Of a stretch of DNA of 64,000 nucleotides, positions 14,515-27,639 are shown in pieces. This stretch comes from Vitrella brassicaformis CCMP3155 (Eukaryota > Protista > Chromerida). The position numbers and the translations under genes were made by a program. Every line of letters starts with the position of its first letter. Positions within the stretch are counted from its first letter, which is position 1. The notes below the pieces were generated by a model. That model was not told the DNA's origin. It was given only the letters and a program-made list of their open reading frames with translations, and made no database searches. The stretch lies in assembly GCA_001179505.1 (NCBI GenBank), contig CDMY01000366.1, forward strand, positions 310,001 to 374,000, read 5' to 3'.

Positions 14515-15351
14515 AAATGCATGAAGGAACTAGCCGGCTGTGGCGCTTGCCGCAGGACGGAATGGGTGATGGATTGGTTTGTATGCGTGGGATGCATTGC
14601 ATTTCTGATTGATACGCGCGTGAGTGTGAGTGTGGTGGTCTTGTACGTTTCATTCCTTCATTCATTCAGCAGACCAGACAGACCCCTTACATGTCGTTCC
14701 TCAATTGTCAGCGTACACACATGCACACACGCACCACACCGCACCCTGCCATCCATTGTCACACCATACCCATCACAGGCTGCATGTGCTGCACGCCTTA
14801 GCTGGCCTCCTGCCGCCCCACCCACCCACCCGCACACACACACCAACGGCACTCACACGCCCAGCTGTTGTGTTGTGGTGGAACGTTAACGGCCTCACGA
14901 GGCTCAGCAATACGAGGCCAGAAACCCACACCAAACAGACAATGTAGAGCAATCAGAGCGCATGCACCACAGCCAGCCCGCCTGCGCCTTGCTCGTTCTC
15001 TCTCCTTCGTCGCCACATGCCGGATGGGCACCACTACTCAACGTGACTGTGTTGAGGCGGCGCGCATCCGGACACAGCACCAAAGTGAAAGGGAACGAAG
15101 CAATCCGCAGACAAGGGGTTAACTCACGTCACCACGACGTCATTACAACCAACCAACCAACCAGGCAACCAATCAACATGCAGTGCACCCGCCCCACCAT
15201 CATTCAATTCATTCATTCATTCATTCATCCTGCATTCCTTCCTTCCGACACCTTTATGCGCATGTCCACACATGAGTGTCGCCGTCTGACATCGATGTTC
15301 ATGTGTGGTGCATGTTCACCCAGACAACACACGGTTATATCCATGAACTGT

Positions 15352-15861
15352 CTAGATGACCCCTCCACCTTCGCCACCCGCCTTCTCTCCCCCAGTGGCC
15401 GCTTCCGTCGCATCATCGTGAGTGTCGGCCGCGGCACCATCCTCCTTGGGCTCCTCTGACGTCCCCTCTCCCGCACCGTTCTCATCCTTGTCATCACACT
15501 CGCCGTTCTTCGCTGCAGCCGCACCAGCACCAGCACCAGCACCACCAAAGCGCTCACGACGTCGCCTCTTCTTGTCTTCCTCCTCAGCTGAGCCATTCGC
15601 CTGTGCAGTGCCGAAGCGCTCCGCCCGCTTGCGCCGCTTCGCGCCTTCTGCCGTCTGCGCGCTCGATGCAGCAGCATTCACTTCAGCGATGCCGAACCTC
15701 TCCGCCCGTTTGCGGCGCCGCTCAGCCTCCTCTGGGTCGACGAAGGTCTTCTGTGCCGACTTGCTGGGCGCTGCATCGTCTGCAGAGGGGGAGGGGGTCT
15801 CGGAAAGGCCGAACCGCTTGGCGCGCAGAGCCATCTTCTCGCTGTGCGCGGATGAGCTCAT
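15352..15861 (-). CDS. Tho1/MOS11/SARNP C-terminal-like mRNA export protein
   Basis: Repeated LRAKRFG / RRKRAERFG / KRRKRAERFG / RRRERFG motifs. Confidence 0.7.
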   Translation of the reverse strand: MSSSAHSEKMALRAKRFGLSETPSPSADDAAPSKSAQKTFVDPEEAERRRKRAERFGIAEVNAAASSAQTAEGAKRRKRAERFGTAQANGSAEEEDKKRRRRERFGGAGAGAGAAAAKNGECDDKDENGAGEGTSEEPKEDGAAADTHDDATEAATGGEKAGGEGGGVI

Positions 15862-16001
15862 TGGTGGCAGATCTCAAGTAAAGAAGGACACAGAAACGTA
15901 GGAGAAAGCTAGGGAAGCAAAGGAACGTTCTTCCTTCGCCACTCAAGCTCGCCCTTTTCAAGCTCGCACTTGGAGGGGGATCTGTTCTGTTCTCTGCAAT
16001 T

Positions 16002-16011
16002 ATGACGTCAT
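16002..16011. promoter_or_regulatory. Palindrome ATGACGTCAT (CRE-like) in the divergent Tho1-like/ADSS intergenic region
   Basis: Perfect 10-bp palindrome between starts at 15861 (-) and 16098 (+). Confidence 0.3.
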
Positions 16012-16097
16012 TGGAGAAAGATTCGAGCCCTCAGAGCCTGACGGAGCCGGAGGAAGTGAGAAGGGATGCGCCCAGACGGAGGGTCTCACTCAGTGGC

Positions 16098-18873
16098 ATG
16101 GCCAACCATGTAAGCAAGGCACCCACCATGAAGGGACGAGAAAACGATGAGTAATGATGGCATATATAACGTAATCGAGATCTGTTGCTGGCGTGTGGTG
16201 TGTCCAGGTGGTAGCTGTGCTCGGGGCGCAGTGGGGCGATGAGGGGAAGGGGAAGCTGGTGGACATCCTGGCGAGAGATGCACACGTCTGTGCCAGATTC
16301 AACGGTGAGTGAGGAAAGACAGACCAACACTGAAGCCAGGCCTGGCATGAATCTCGCTTGTGCGTTGATGGACTGCCCGTGTGCTGTGAGTGCAGGGGGA
16401 TCCAATGCAGGCCACACGCTCCACGTGGTACTGTACGTCGCTCACATCACATCGATCTACCTTCACGACCTGCACTGTCATGTCATGTGTCCTAACTTTA
16501 ATCCTGTGTGCTGTCCTATCTTTTTCCATTATCAAATGAATCCATCGCATATATCGATCAGGAGGGCAAAAAGTATGCGCTTCACCTGCTGCCGTGCGGC
16601 TTGCTGTACAGCGGTGTCAAGAACCTCATCGGCAACGGGGTGGTCGTCCACCTCAAGACGCTACTCGAGGAGTTGGAGCAACTCAAGGACTCGGACCCAC
16701 AAGCCATCACCAGGTATACTATACATATGCGGGGGTGGGTGCGCACACACAGTCATGGGATGGATGGATGGAAGATCCATTGCGTCTTTCCTTTGCCCTT
16801 TCCCCTTTCCTGTGCCTGTCTGTGTGGCAGGCTGTTCATATCCAACCGTGCGCAGCTGCTGTTCGACTTCCACCAGACGGTCGACGGCCTATACGAAGCC
16901 GAAAAGACCAAAGACGGAAGTCAGTCAGTGGGATTCGGACTCACACCAACCACAGCAGCGCATCTGTGCCGCCGGTATGGCTGTGTTGTCTTGTGTTGTG
17001 TTGTGTATGGTTTTTAGATCAGATCGGCACGACCAAGAAGGGCATCGGCCCGTGCTACTCGAACAAGGCGGCACGGTCGGGTGTTCGTGTGGGGGACCTC
17101 CTCTACTGGGACACATTCGTCGAACGAGTAAAGAATGAAGGAAACCACATATACGACTCTAACTCTAACTCTTCCTCCACCATTGTGTGTGTGCAGTACA
17201 CTCGGCTGCTGAACGAGTACAAGAAGCGGTGAGATAGCGGCTCGACACACCACGACGCACTCGGCACACCAGAACCGTGCGTGTCGTCTCGTGTGTTGGC
17301 TGCTCGTCGCTCGTGCAGGTTCAGTTTTGAGCACGATGCAGAGGAGGAGCTGGCGCGACACAAAAAGTACCTGGAGGTGCGGTGCGAGGGCGGGCGGAGA
17401 ACACACACAGACAGATAAAACAAAAGAGCTAGCTAGCTACATGCCTGCGAAATGGAATGGCGTGCCTGTTGTGCATAACAGACCATCAAGGGTCAGATCA
17501 CCGACTCGGTCTACTTCATGAAGGAGTCGCTCGACAGAGGCGAAAAAGTCCTCGTGGAAGGTACGCAGGAAGGAAGGATGCACACACACACCGACCGACA
17601 TACACACACGCCACACAGCACTGTTTCGCCTATTTTCAGGTGCCAACGCGACGATGCTGGACATAGACTTTGGGACGTACCCGTTCGTGACGTCGTCGAG
17701 CACGGTGGCAGGCGGCATCTGCATCGGCCTGGGCATCCCGCCCACACAAATCGACTGCTGTATCGGCGTGGTCAAGGCATACACCACACGAGTCGGCAGC
17801 GGACCATTCCCCACAGAACTGCACGGTGGGTACGGCGGGCTGGCTGGGCGATCGAATGAATGCAATGCACAGACAGAGGGGGAGGGGAGGGATGGGGCGA
17901 GCGAGCGATTGTCGTGGTGCGGTGCGCGTGTGTGTGTGCAGATGAGATAGGGAAGCACCTGCAGGAAGTCGGTAAGCACTCGAGACAGCACTGGTGGGTG
18001 GGTGGATGGCATAGACGACCGGTCCCCGTGTGTGTCTTGTGTTGTGTTGTGCTGTGTTGTTGTGTGTCTGCCGGTAGGTAGCGAGTTCGGCACGACAACG
18101 GGGCGCAGACGCCGTTGCGGATGGCTCGACATGGTCATGCTCAGGTAGGCAACACCTGCCCACATACTCCGAGATGAAGAGGCAGAGACGGTCCATTCGC
18201 GCGTGTGTGTGTGTGTGGCATGGCATGGCATGGCTGCAGGTATTCTCAGTGCATGAATGGGTTCCACTCCGTCAACCTGACCAAGCTGGACGTCCTCACG
18301 GGCATAGACCAACTCAAAATCGCTGTCGCATACAAACTGCCAGATGGTACACACCTACGGTCGACAAGCATCACAAGCATCCACACCTCCATTCCATTCC
18401 ATGAATCCATACCCATCCCTCCCTCCCTCCCTCCCTTGTTTGTATTCCTTCCTTCCCTTCCTCCCGCAGGCACGGTTCTGCCCGAGGGCTACTTCCCTGC
18501 TGTGTTGGAGGAGCTGGCGAGCGTGGAGGTGGTGTACGAGACCATGTCCGGCTGGACCGAAGACATCTCACAGATGACCACATTCGACCAGCTCCCGAAA
18601 GCAGCACAGGTCAGTCAAGTCAGTTTCCGCACAGACAGACAGACGAGTGAGTCCATCACACGTGTGAGTGTTTGTGTTGTGTTAAGGACTATGTGGTGAG
18701 GATTGAGACCCTCATGAAGGTGCCGATATCATGGGTACGGAAGGCACAGACCGACCGACAGTCAGACAGACAACGAAGCCTGCCTGACCTGTCTGCTGCG
18801 GGTGTGGTGTTGATGTGTGTGTCAGGTTGGCGTCGGCCCCGACCGGCTCAACACGATCCGCCTGCGCCCCTGA
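16098..18873 (+). CDS. ADSS: Adenylosuccinate synthetase (multi-exon)
   Basis: [95 protein letters not shown]. Confidence 0.97.
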
Positions 18874-20008
18874 GAGAGACAGACAGATAGACATGCGTGT
18901 GCCGACCCTACCCGACTCGCTATGCCTTGCCTTGACGTGCCTGCCGTAGAGATAATGCAATGCTCGATAGGATAGATGTGGTCATATACCTACCTAGATG
19001 ATGGGGGTGGACGGACGGAGAGGGGGGGGGCGGATGGGGTGGACCCGTCACGGATTGTCTTTTCAGCCATCAATCCAATCAACCATCGAGTGGGTGGGCT
19101 ATGTGACGTGACGTGACGTGTATGGCCGTATATACATGCTATGCTGTTCCTTAATTCGTCTTTTGGAGTGAGTTATCGGTTTGGGTGGTGTGGTCTTGCT
19201 GAAACGATGGATGGACGGACACTTCCTTGCTCATGAAATGCATCGAGACGGCGCTTTGAGCAACCGGTTTTGGCTGGTTGCTGGGTGGGACGAGACTTTC
19301 GTCATTCGCTCTATCTATCCGGATCCTCCAGTGGATGGGCTCTGCGCAGAGATTTTTGGCTTGGCTGGCGTGGCTCTCTTTAAGTGGACTGCTTCCTTCG
19401 CTTAGTCAATCGCATGTGGTGTGTCCGATGTACAGGTATCTATCTACACAACACACGAGAGTGCGAGAGTGCTCTCCGAGTCGCCAAAGGGACTATCCCA
19501 CCCGATGGATGGATGCTATGGTACGTATCTATCTATGTAAGTAAGTATGCACGCCACCCATCCGACCTAGAAAACCATACAGACCACTTGTCTGCCCTGC
19601 CCTGCCATGCCATGCCTCGAACATATAACGACAGCTCAACGCTTCTGAGGGGGGAAGGCAAGTATCAACACCAGCGAGCCGCGCCACACACACACACACA
19701 CACGTACGTCATACATCACACATGGATGGCCAGACAAACAGACAGACAAACAAACAGACAAACAGACAGACAGACACGGCAAAAACCGGCACAGCACACC
19801 TGTAGTCAGTATGTGTCATGCCAGGAGTCAGTCAGTGATTGATTTATTGACAAACAGCAGTGTAAGTGAGTGGCTTGACAGACAGACAGACAGACAAAAC
19901 ACCAAGCTGACTGGCAGGGCGACAAGACAAGATGACCTATCATCGCTCTCAGGCTGGCAGTCCAGGAGAGCCCGGCTCTCCTCTTGTCTGGCTGGGGGAC
20001 CGTTCAGC

Positions 20009-20910
20009 TCACACGGGATGAGCTGCGTGGTCATGTGCCAGATCCACGTCTTCGAGGAGAGCAAGAAGATCATCTTTCGTCTCGGAATCTTCAGGCGCCG
20101 GCGTGCTGCCAACAAAACACACGACCATCCATCCATCCATCCATCGATCCATCCCGTCCGTCCGTCCGTCCGTCCGCAGTGCATGGGAGCGTGTCGGTGA
20201 TGGCTTCTTTTTCACTCACCTTTCGGGAATCGCCAGCAAATCATCCATCCATGAACCCGAAGGAACAGGATCAGTTGCGACGCACGGATTTCTTGGATCC
20301 TGATCTGAGCGGGCTACACAATCCAGCCATGATGGCAGGGAAAGGCGCCGGCGGAACAGGTGTAGCTTCGGGATGTTAGCATCGTCTTGGCCACCTTGGC
20401 TGAAGACAAACAAACAGCAAAACAAAAACAGACAGATAACCCAACCACCTTTTTGATCCCTGTGGGTGTGGTGTGGTGTGTCCCCCCCGTGCTGTGCTGC
20501 TTGCTCACAGTCGTCCCTCGGTGGTGCCCGCTGCCCGGAATGCTTCCTTGATGGGCTCGTTCATGTCAGGGAAAAACGGATTCTCCATGTCCACAAAGAA
20601 CGGCTGGTCCCCAACCTGTTCGTCACCAGCCTGAGGCGGCACCGTGGGGTGGAAGATGCCCTCGGCCGCCTCGGCGTTCTGCAGCCCCCCAGCCACACCA
20701 CACGACACAAGCACAAAGCGCGTCAATGGATGGGATGATACACGTGTGCTCAACGGATGTGCCTCAGTTATGCCAGTGCTCTTCCTTCCTTCCCACCGAG
20801 GACACGAGCTCCCGCAGGGGGGATTCATTACCCGAGCCGCCACAGCTGACGGCAACGGCCATGCACAAGAAGGCGGGCAGGGCGACACCACACCGAAAGG
20901 CCGACGTCAT
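20009..20910 (-). CDS. Hypothetical small protein with putative signal peptide (multi-exon)
   Basis: MTSAFRCGVALPAFLCMAVAVSCG hydrophobic N-terminus, followed by coding-like acidic segments (FHPTVPPQAGDEQVGDQPFFVDMENPFF; KDDLLALLEDVDLAHDHAAHPV*) separated by microsatellite introns. Exon chain not fully verified. Confidence 0.4.
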
Positions 20911-21363
20911 GGTGTTGACCGATGGATGGCAAGAAGGTCCAAAGAAGGCTGTAGAATACAAGTGGGCGGATAGCTTGGGAATGGCGGATAGATCTGACGC
21001 GTTGTTGAGGTGCAGGCCGGTTGGCTGCACCACACGACAGCAGGCCGCGACAGTCTAAGTCCATTCGAAGACGGGAGAGAATGGAGACCGCACCCGGTGC
21101 CTCTCCCTCAAACTCTCCTTCTCCCAATCGCTGAAAGCAGTGATGAAGATACTGTTCCAGACGGACAACGCCCCGAGAGCTGCATGCGGGTCACGTGAAT
21201 GGCGAAAAAGCTGAGGCAGAGGTCATCCGTTGCAAGATAAGCTCGCAGACGGATCGCAAGCTTTTCGTTCCCAACTCATCTCTCTCCAACTCATCATCAA
21301 CGCGAGCAACGCAGGGATACAGCTCGAGGAACCATCCCCAAGTGAAGATCCGCTGCTTCCGCG

Positions 21364-23068
21364 ATGCCGTGGCGTTGCGCAGCGTGCGACCACACTCAGT
21401 ACCAGCAGGATGCCATCTCCGGCCTTCGGTCGTGCACCGTGTGCGGCACCATCGACGAGAGGAGCGGCCAGGAGGAGCAGATGGGCGACTTCGACGACCC
21501 CATGGGCGGCATGATGTTCGCCAGCTTCAGGAGGCAGCAGGAGGTCAATCCCGAGAGGGCGGCTGCTCTCCTGGGCACACAGGCGGACAAGGAGGCGGCT
21601 GCATTTGGTGGCGAAGAAGCGCATGAGAGGGTGGAGCGGGAGGAGGACTATGCTTTGCCCACCATGTATGAGATCCCCATGCCGCCCGCAGGGAGCGGCC
21701 CGACCGAGGAGCATTTCCTGCTGGGCATGCAGACGATGCTGCGCGAAATGGTGAGGCAGCTGGTGGAAACCTGGGGGCTGCCGGCCGCCATCGAACGGGA
21801 AACCAAAAAGGTAAGGGAGGTGGGCAATGCATTGCAATGAACGAGGGAAGGGAGGGAGGCAGGGATGTTTGTTTGTGTGTGCGGTGTGTGCGGAGGAGAG
21901 AAGGCTTATGAGTGCTGGTTTGTTCTTGTTTGTCGTTGTTGTGTGCATCTGCATCCAATTCAGGTGTGGCTGGCTTACCTGTCCTTCTACCAGCGCCACC
22001 AGCTCCCGCTCAACTCATTCTTTGCCAACATGCGCAGAAGAACGCTCCGGATCCCGTAAGTAAGACCGATCTATCGCAAACAAAGAGATAAACAGATCCA
22101 TCCCTGCATGCATGGCCGCGCTGCTCTTGCTTCTGGACACACACAGGTGGGCGTCCCTCTATCAGACGGCCGCTCCGACAGACATCTCCGAGGACGGCAG
22201 GGCAAGCTTGACGCCTGCCGCAAGGAAAGGTAAGGTGCCTCGCCACACACTCACACTTTAAGTATACACATCACCGCTCTCACCCACCCATCTTGGTGTG
22301 TGTCTTGGCCAGTTGTGGAGGTGATGGGCACCGACCGTGTGGCCTACGTCAGGAGCCTGGCGCCCTCCGCCATCGGCCGGGGCAACATGGAGCGCCGTGT
22401 CGACAGGGAGGAGAAGGAGAGGAAGCGCCGCAAGGCGGCCAAGATGGGCCTGGCCGAGGACGAGCCACAGGAGGACGGTGTCATGGACGAGGGAGGAGAC
22501 AGGGAGGGAGAGGATGAGCAGCCAGAACTGACCGGCAACCAACAGGTGCGCGTCAAGCAGGAACCAATCGAGGAAGACGGCCCAACCCCCGAGCAGACTG
22601 CTGGCCGAGCAGCAGACGGCGAGAGTGAGTGCCAATCAGACTCCTCTGACAGCGAGAGCGACTCCTCCCTCGCCGACACATTTGCCGATACGGGTCATGA
22701 AAAGAAGAAGCGTCGGCCTGGGCGGCGGCGGATCGGCTACCCCGCTCACCTGCTCATGCCCGACAACAAAGTCAGCATCTATGCCCGCGACCAGCGGGAG
22801 CCGACGCCACTCGGACTGCCCATTGTCTTGCTCGAGTGTCTGGCGCGGAGCAGAAAGATCAGCTGTGAGTGAGGCAACGAATGAGAGACGGAGGGAGGGA
22901 GGGAAGGCGATGGACGGACACGGCAGGCAAGAACACTCACTGGATCTGTTTGTGTGTGCGTGTGCAGGTCTGCACATGATGTATACCGACGGCACCAAGA
23001 ACGTCGCCACCATCCCCCGCCGCAAGATCTCGCGGGACTTCCACTATGTCAACCGAACGGTCCCTAAC

Positions 23069-23099
<31 letters not shown>

Positions 23100-26000
23100 A
23101 CGAGGCCGTTAGATGAATGACATGGTACTTGCCCCCTCTGTGTACGTCAGGTGGATGCCATCTACGAGCACGACTTTCTGCTCCGGCTGATCCAGGCCGA
23201 CACCGATCTGAGCACCGAGTACGACTTCACCCTTGCTGACAAGGACGTGGCCCCCTCCCCCGACTCTCCTGATGTCGGCAGCCAGCCAGAGGAGCGAAGG
23301 GGAGAGGGAGACAGCGACCCCGAGATGCACCAGCCTGATGATGGAGGTGGTGGTGGGCCGCCGGCTCCAGCGGATGGTGACGACGGCGTGACGAGGATGT
23401 CGGTGAGCTCTCTGCCGCTCCATGTGCTCAGGAACTTCTGGCCAGTGCAGTCGGACCTGGTCAGTCAGTCAGTCAGTGAGGGAGGGAGGGAGGGAGGGAG
23501 GGAGCTGACACTGTCCACTGTGGTCAGCTGTTTCTGCATCTGCATATCTACTCCGTGCTTACTTAATGCAGGTTCGTCTGCGGTATGGCAGAGGTCGCAA
23601 GGCAGGCCGGGTCATCGCTATCAGAACGGTGAGCGAACAGACAAAGGCACGATTCCTGTGAAACGGACGGCGAGTGGTCTGGTGGGTCTCCTGTCTGCAG
23701 ATGTTGACCCGCCTGGGCGGCAGCGGTATCGGTGAAACGGCCCTGAGTCCGTCATCCCCCGACCCGCCCTTGCCGGCGACCTTGCCCCCGCTGGACCACA
23801 CCACCATGCTCGCCATCCTCTGGCTGGGACTCGTCAACGCCAGGATAGGTAGGTATCGCTGAAGGATGCATGGTACGTGGATGCCCAAGCGACCGACCTG
23901 TGTGGTGTGCGTCTGCTGTGTGTGGTAGGCGTGACTGCGGCCGATATGAGTCGATGGTGCTGGCAAGGCCGCATACCACTGTGGGGTGAGTTCCCTCCCG
24001 CTATCTAGAGAGGGCGGAAGGAGAGGCAGGCCTGCCTATATTGACTGACGTGTCTGTGTGTTTGTTGTCTGTCATTTGTGTTATGTGGTTGTGTCTGATC
24101 AGCATCGGCCGGCAAGGTGCCCGACTGGCTGCTGGAGGCAGGGTGAGCTTGGCATGCACAACAAACGTGTTGGCGCGGCGACAACGAATGTATCTCTGTC
24201 TGTCTGTCTGTCTGCCTGTGTGTCTGTCTGTGTGTCTGTCTGTCTGTGTGTCTCGGCAGCTTCAAGTTCTACCATGGTGCGAGTAGAGTGCTAAAGGCCA
24301 AAACACTCTTCCAGGTCAGTGAGTCAGTGAAGTGAACAGCCGGCTGGCTGGGCTAGGCATGAAAGACACGAGTGTGTGTGTGTGTGTGTGTTGGTCAGGC
24401 TGGCCGGATTCCGACAGCAGCGGCCCTGAATGAGACCGCCATCGACCTGCTTCAGGTGTGTTAATAAATGCATCCCGCACATGAGGGGCCCTCGTCATTT
24501 TCGTTTGCTGTCCATGTCTGGTGTCAGTGTGGTGTGTGCATTACGCCCTTCAACCACCCTCCCCTCACAGCGCGGCTCCTGCACGACGCGAGACTCCCCA
24601 TCTACCTCCAGCCGCTCGTCACAAAGTAGACAACCATCATACACACCAACATCCAACCATTTCTCCCCTCTCTCCGTCAATCAGGCTGTGTGGGCTTCTC
24701 TCCCGCCGTCGTGTCCCCTGGCGCACCATCGCCGTCTCACTGGTGGGTGAGCACCAGTGGACGGCCGCAAAGGGCCTGGTGCTCGGCACACACGGCAGCG
24801 ACCCACGCAAGAAGACCGGCAGCAGGGCCAGTCAGAGAGCCAAGACACAACGAGGGGCGGTGGCATCGATGACAAGGGATGTGGAGGGGGAAGATGAGCA
24901 GGAGCAGCGGCATGGTGGGACGATCCTTGCGGCGGCGGTGATGGAGCTGGAGTTGGCCTTGAACATGAGGAGACAGACGCAGCTATACGGCACTTTTCCC
25001 AACGCACAAGGCTGGCCCACTCACGTGTTGGTCCCCTCTCTCATCCTGGTCGCTGCCCGTCTCGTGTGGCCGGTGCTCAACTCCAACCCGCCAGCCATCG
25101 CCCAAAACCTCGACGGCTCATCAGAGGGCGACGAATCAGACGAACGGCCTCTCGCAGACACAGCCGACGACGACCGGCCTCCCCGCCGTCGAGTGCACCC
25201 TTCCAGTAACGACGCGTGTGGGCGGCTGATGGCCAACATGCCCGAGAACCGAGAGCTCTTCCATGTGATAAGAGGGAGGGGGTGGTTGCACACAATGGGT
25301 GGATGGGTGGATGGTGTCTGTGGCGTGGTGTGATGTGATGTGATGTGTGCAGACGCTTTCCCGCACGTGTCGTGGGGTGGATTGGTCGCGGTGGCGGGCC
25401 GGGCCTTATGCGGAGGGCAAACACGTACGTTACGTACACACACACGCACAGGACAGGACAGGACAGGGACACTGACTGACATCGATTAATGCATCGACGC
25501 AGAAAGAGGGAGAGAAGCCTTGGGTTGTTTGTCTGTGTGTTTGCTCTGCGTGTGTGTGTCTGTGATTCAGTGGGCCGACATGAGTGAGGAGCAGCGCGTG
25601 CAGATCCTTGATGGCTTCGAGTAAGGAAGGAATCTGTCAATCAATCCACCTGTTATCCGTCCATGTGGGTTTGTTGTGTCCCCCCAGGTGCCCTCTGCGT
25701 CAGTTGGTCAAGGCGGCGGGGCCACTCGATGACATCGCCGAGTAGGCAAAACCATATCGATATACACGTCGATCCGTCAACACCCACGAGCGGTGCTGTC
25801 CTTGTCTATGCAGCCTGTTGCACACCATCACCACAGACCTGGCCAAGAAGGGCCGTGGCGAAGCCGAAGCCGAGCAACCAGACACTCCTCTACCACAATC
25901 CCCACAATCAGACCAGGCGGCTAACGGCCACCCAGACCCACTGGAGCCCCCGCAGGCAGAGACCTTGAGCCCACAACAAGCACTGCAGGTGAGGGCACAA

Positions 26001-26725
26001 ATACGTTGGTTACCTTTTCAATGTTGCTGGCTGACATCCCCTGTTTGTTCCTCACTTGGTGCCATGCTTCAGCGATCCTACGGCGCCTACGAGAGCACTC
26101 TCACCCAGCAGTTCCCCGAGCCCCGCCCCCCCATACCCACACAATGGCGCTCTCCCGCCCGCATCAAGCGGCTTCTCCTTGGCCTTGACGTTGATGCCTC
26201 ATCCGACGACAGTGACGATGGCGACTCTGACGACCACAACCGAGGAGAAGGCGACGGCTTCGGCAGCCACCACGCCCTGCCGTTCTTGCCGCTTCCGCAC
26301 AAGGATCGGCTGCGGCCCACAGCTGAGAGGCTGCAGGGCGAGACGGAGGGGTGGGGAGGGCGGGAGAGCGAGAAGGCCAAGATGAAGAAGCAACATCACA
26401 GGAGGATACTCAGAGGTGGGCAAGTGGCGGGATGGCGGCCTGCTTTATCGGTGTGCTCTGCGTGCGTGCGTGTGTCATTTTGTACCGTCAGAAATGCCGG
26501 TTGCGTATTGCCTCCTGCTGCAGAAGCTCGCTGACCTGGTCGGCGAGCTGCCGCTCATAATACACGAGGTGAGTCCTCGACCATGCAGCTGGCTGGCCCC
26601 TTGTTGTGTGCATTGCTCAATGGCTGTGTGTGGTGTGTGCGCTCATTCATCCGTTCATTCAGTGTGTCCGTTTTGTGGAGGCCTGGCTGCCGATGGAGGT
26701 GGAGCTCATCGCCGCTGAGAGCTGA
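21364..26725 (+). CDS. TAF1B: TAF1B/Rrn7-like RNA polymerase I initiation factor (TFIIB-related), multi-exon; 3' end approximate
   Basis: N-terminal Zn ribbon CAAC..CTVCG. FLLGMQTMLREMVRQLVETWGLPAAIERETKKVWLAYL and MLAILWLGLVNARIG..DMSRWCWQGRIP match Rrn7/TAF1B cyclin-fold segments. Confidence 0.7.
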
Positions 26726-27342
26726 CAGATGGGTGGGTGGATGGCATGGGTGAGTGTGTTGTGCAGAGACCTGCCTCTCTTGAACGTGAAGATAGATACG
26801 TTAATGTTTAATTTCAAACACGAATAAAGGGGAATTAAGGCCGTCAGTTCCAAATTGCAGTCACACACGCGTCTGTCGGTCCGTGGTGTACAGAGTGATC
26901 GGGAGGGCTAATTGCTTAACGGAAATGCTTCGGTGAACTATGGCCGGTCTTACTGTACTGAGCTTTTCTTTGCGTTCCTTGAGGGTGTGCCTGAGTCCCA
27001 CACGCTGCCTCCATGCATATGGCCACGCAGGCCGGGCTGGGAAGAAGCGCCGCCCCTGGAGCACGAGATGGAGGTCATGCAGCGAGCAGTTTTCTGCCTC
27101 CACACGACTTCTCGCCGGATGGAGACGCGGGAGACAAACCCCACAAACCCTAATATGGATTTTCTTATCGTTTTTCCCCTGCACTTTCCCAAGCGTGTGT
27201 GACCCCTCAACCCCCCCGGGTGCGCCCGATACGGATATCGCGGCGCAGACTGGGGTTGTCACCTTTCAACGAGGTCACCACTGTGTGTGGCTGCCGCCGC
27301 CGCCAAGGTACCCCAAGGAGTCGACGGATGCAGCCAGGTATG

Positions 27343-27420
27343 ACAGCAGTCTTCGCTGACAACGCTCTATGCGAGGTGCCTGAGCACACCTGGCGGAGAT
27401 TGTGTGTGTGACGAGAAGTA
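27343..27420 (+). repeat. Internally deleted mini-copy of the 5' header of the tandem family
   Basis: acagcagtcttc(g/a)ctgac + gaggtgcctgag + cacacctggcggagat(t/c)gtgtgtg match pieces of 27591-27790 in the same order. Confidence 0.75.
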
Positions 27421-27639
27421 CCCATGGGCACGGCAGACAAAGGTAGTGGAATATCGCACTCTTACGAGGAAACCAAAAGGGCTGGCAGCCGGCGCCCTCG
27501 ACGTAAACGTGGTATCGGGCTAGGGCGGCATAGGGGCGACAAAGTGTTCCCAACTTCTACGATTTCGTCGAAGACGCTATTCGCAACCCAACAGCAGTCT
27601 TCACTGACGAGCGCACAGCCGGCCTGGGCCATCTTCGTC

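Noticed and set aside
18900-19990. ORFs amid (GTGAC)n, (AC)n and (AGAC)n repeats
   Set aside because: Microsatellite-derived UTR or intergenic sequence with no coding signal.
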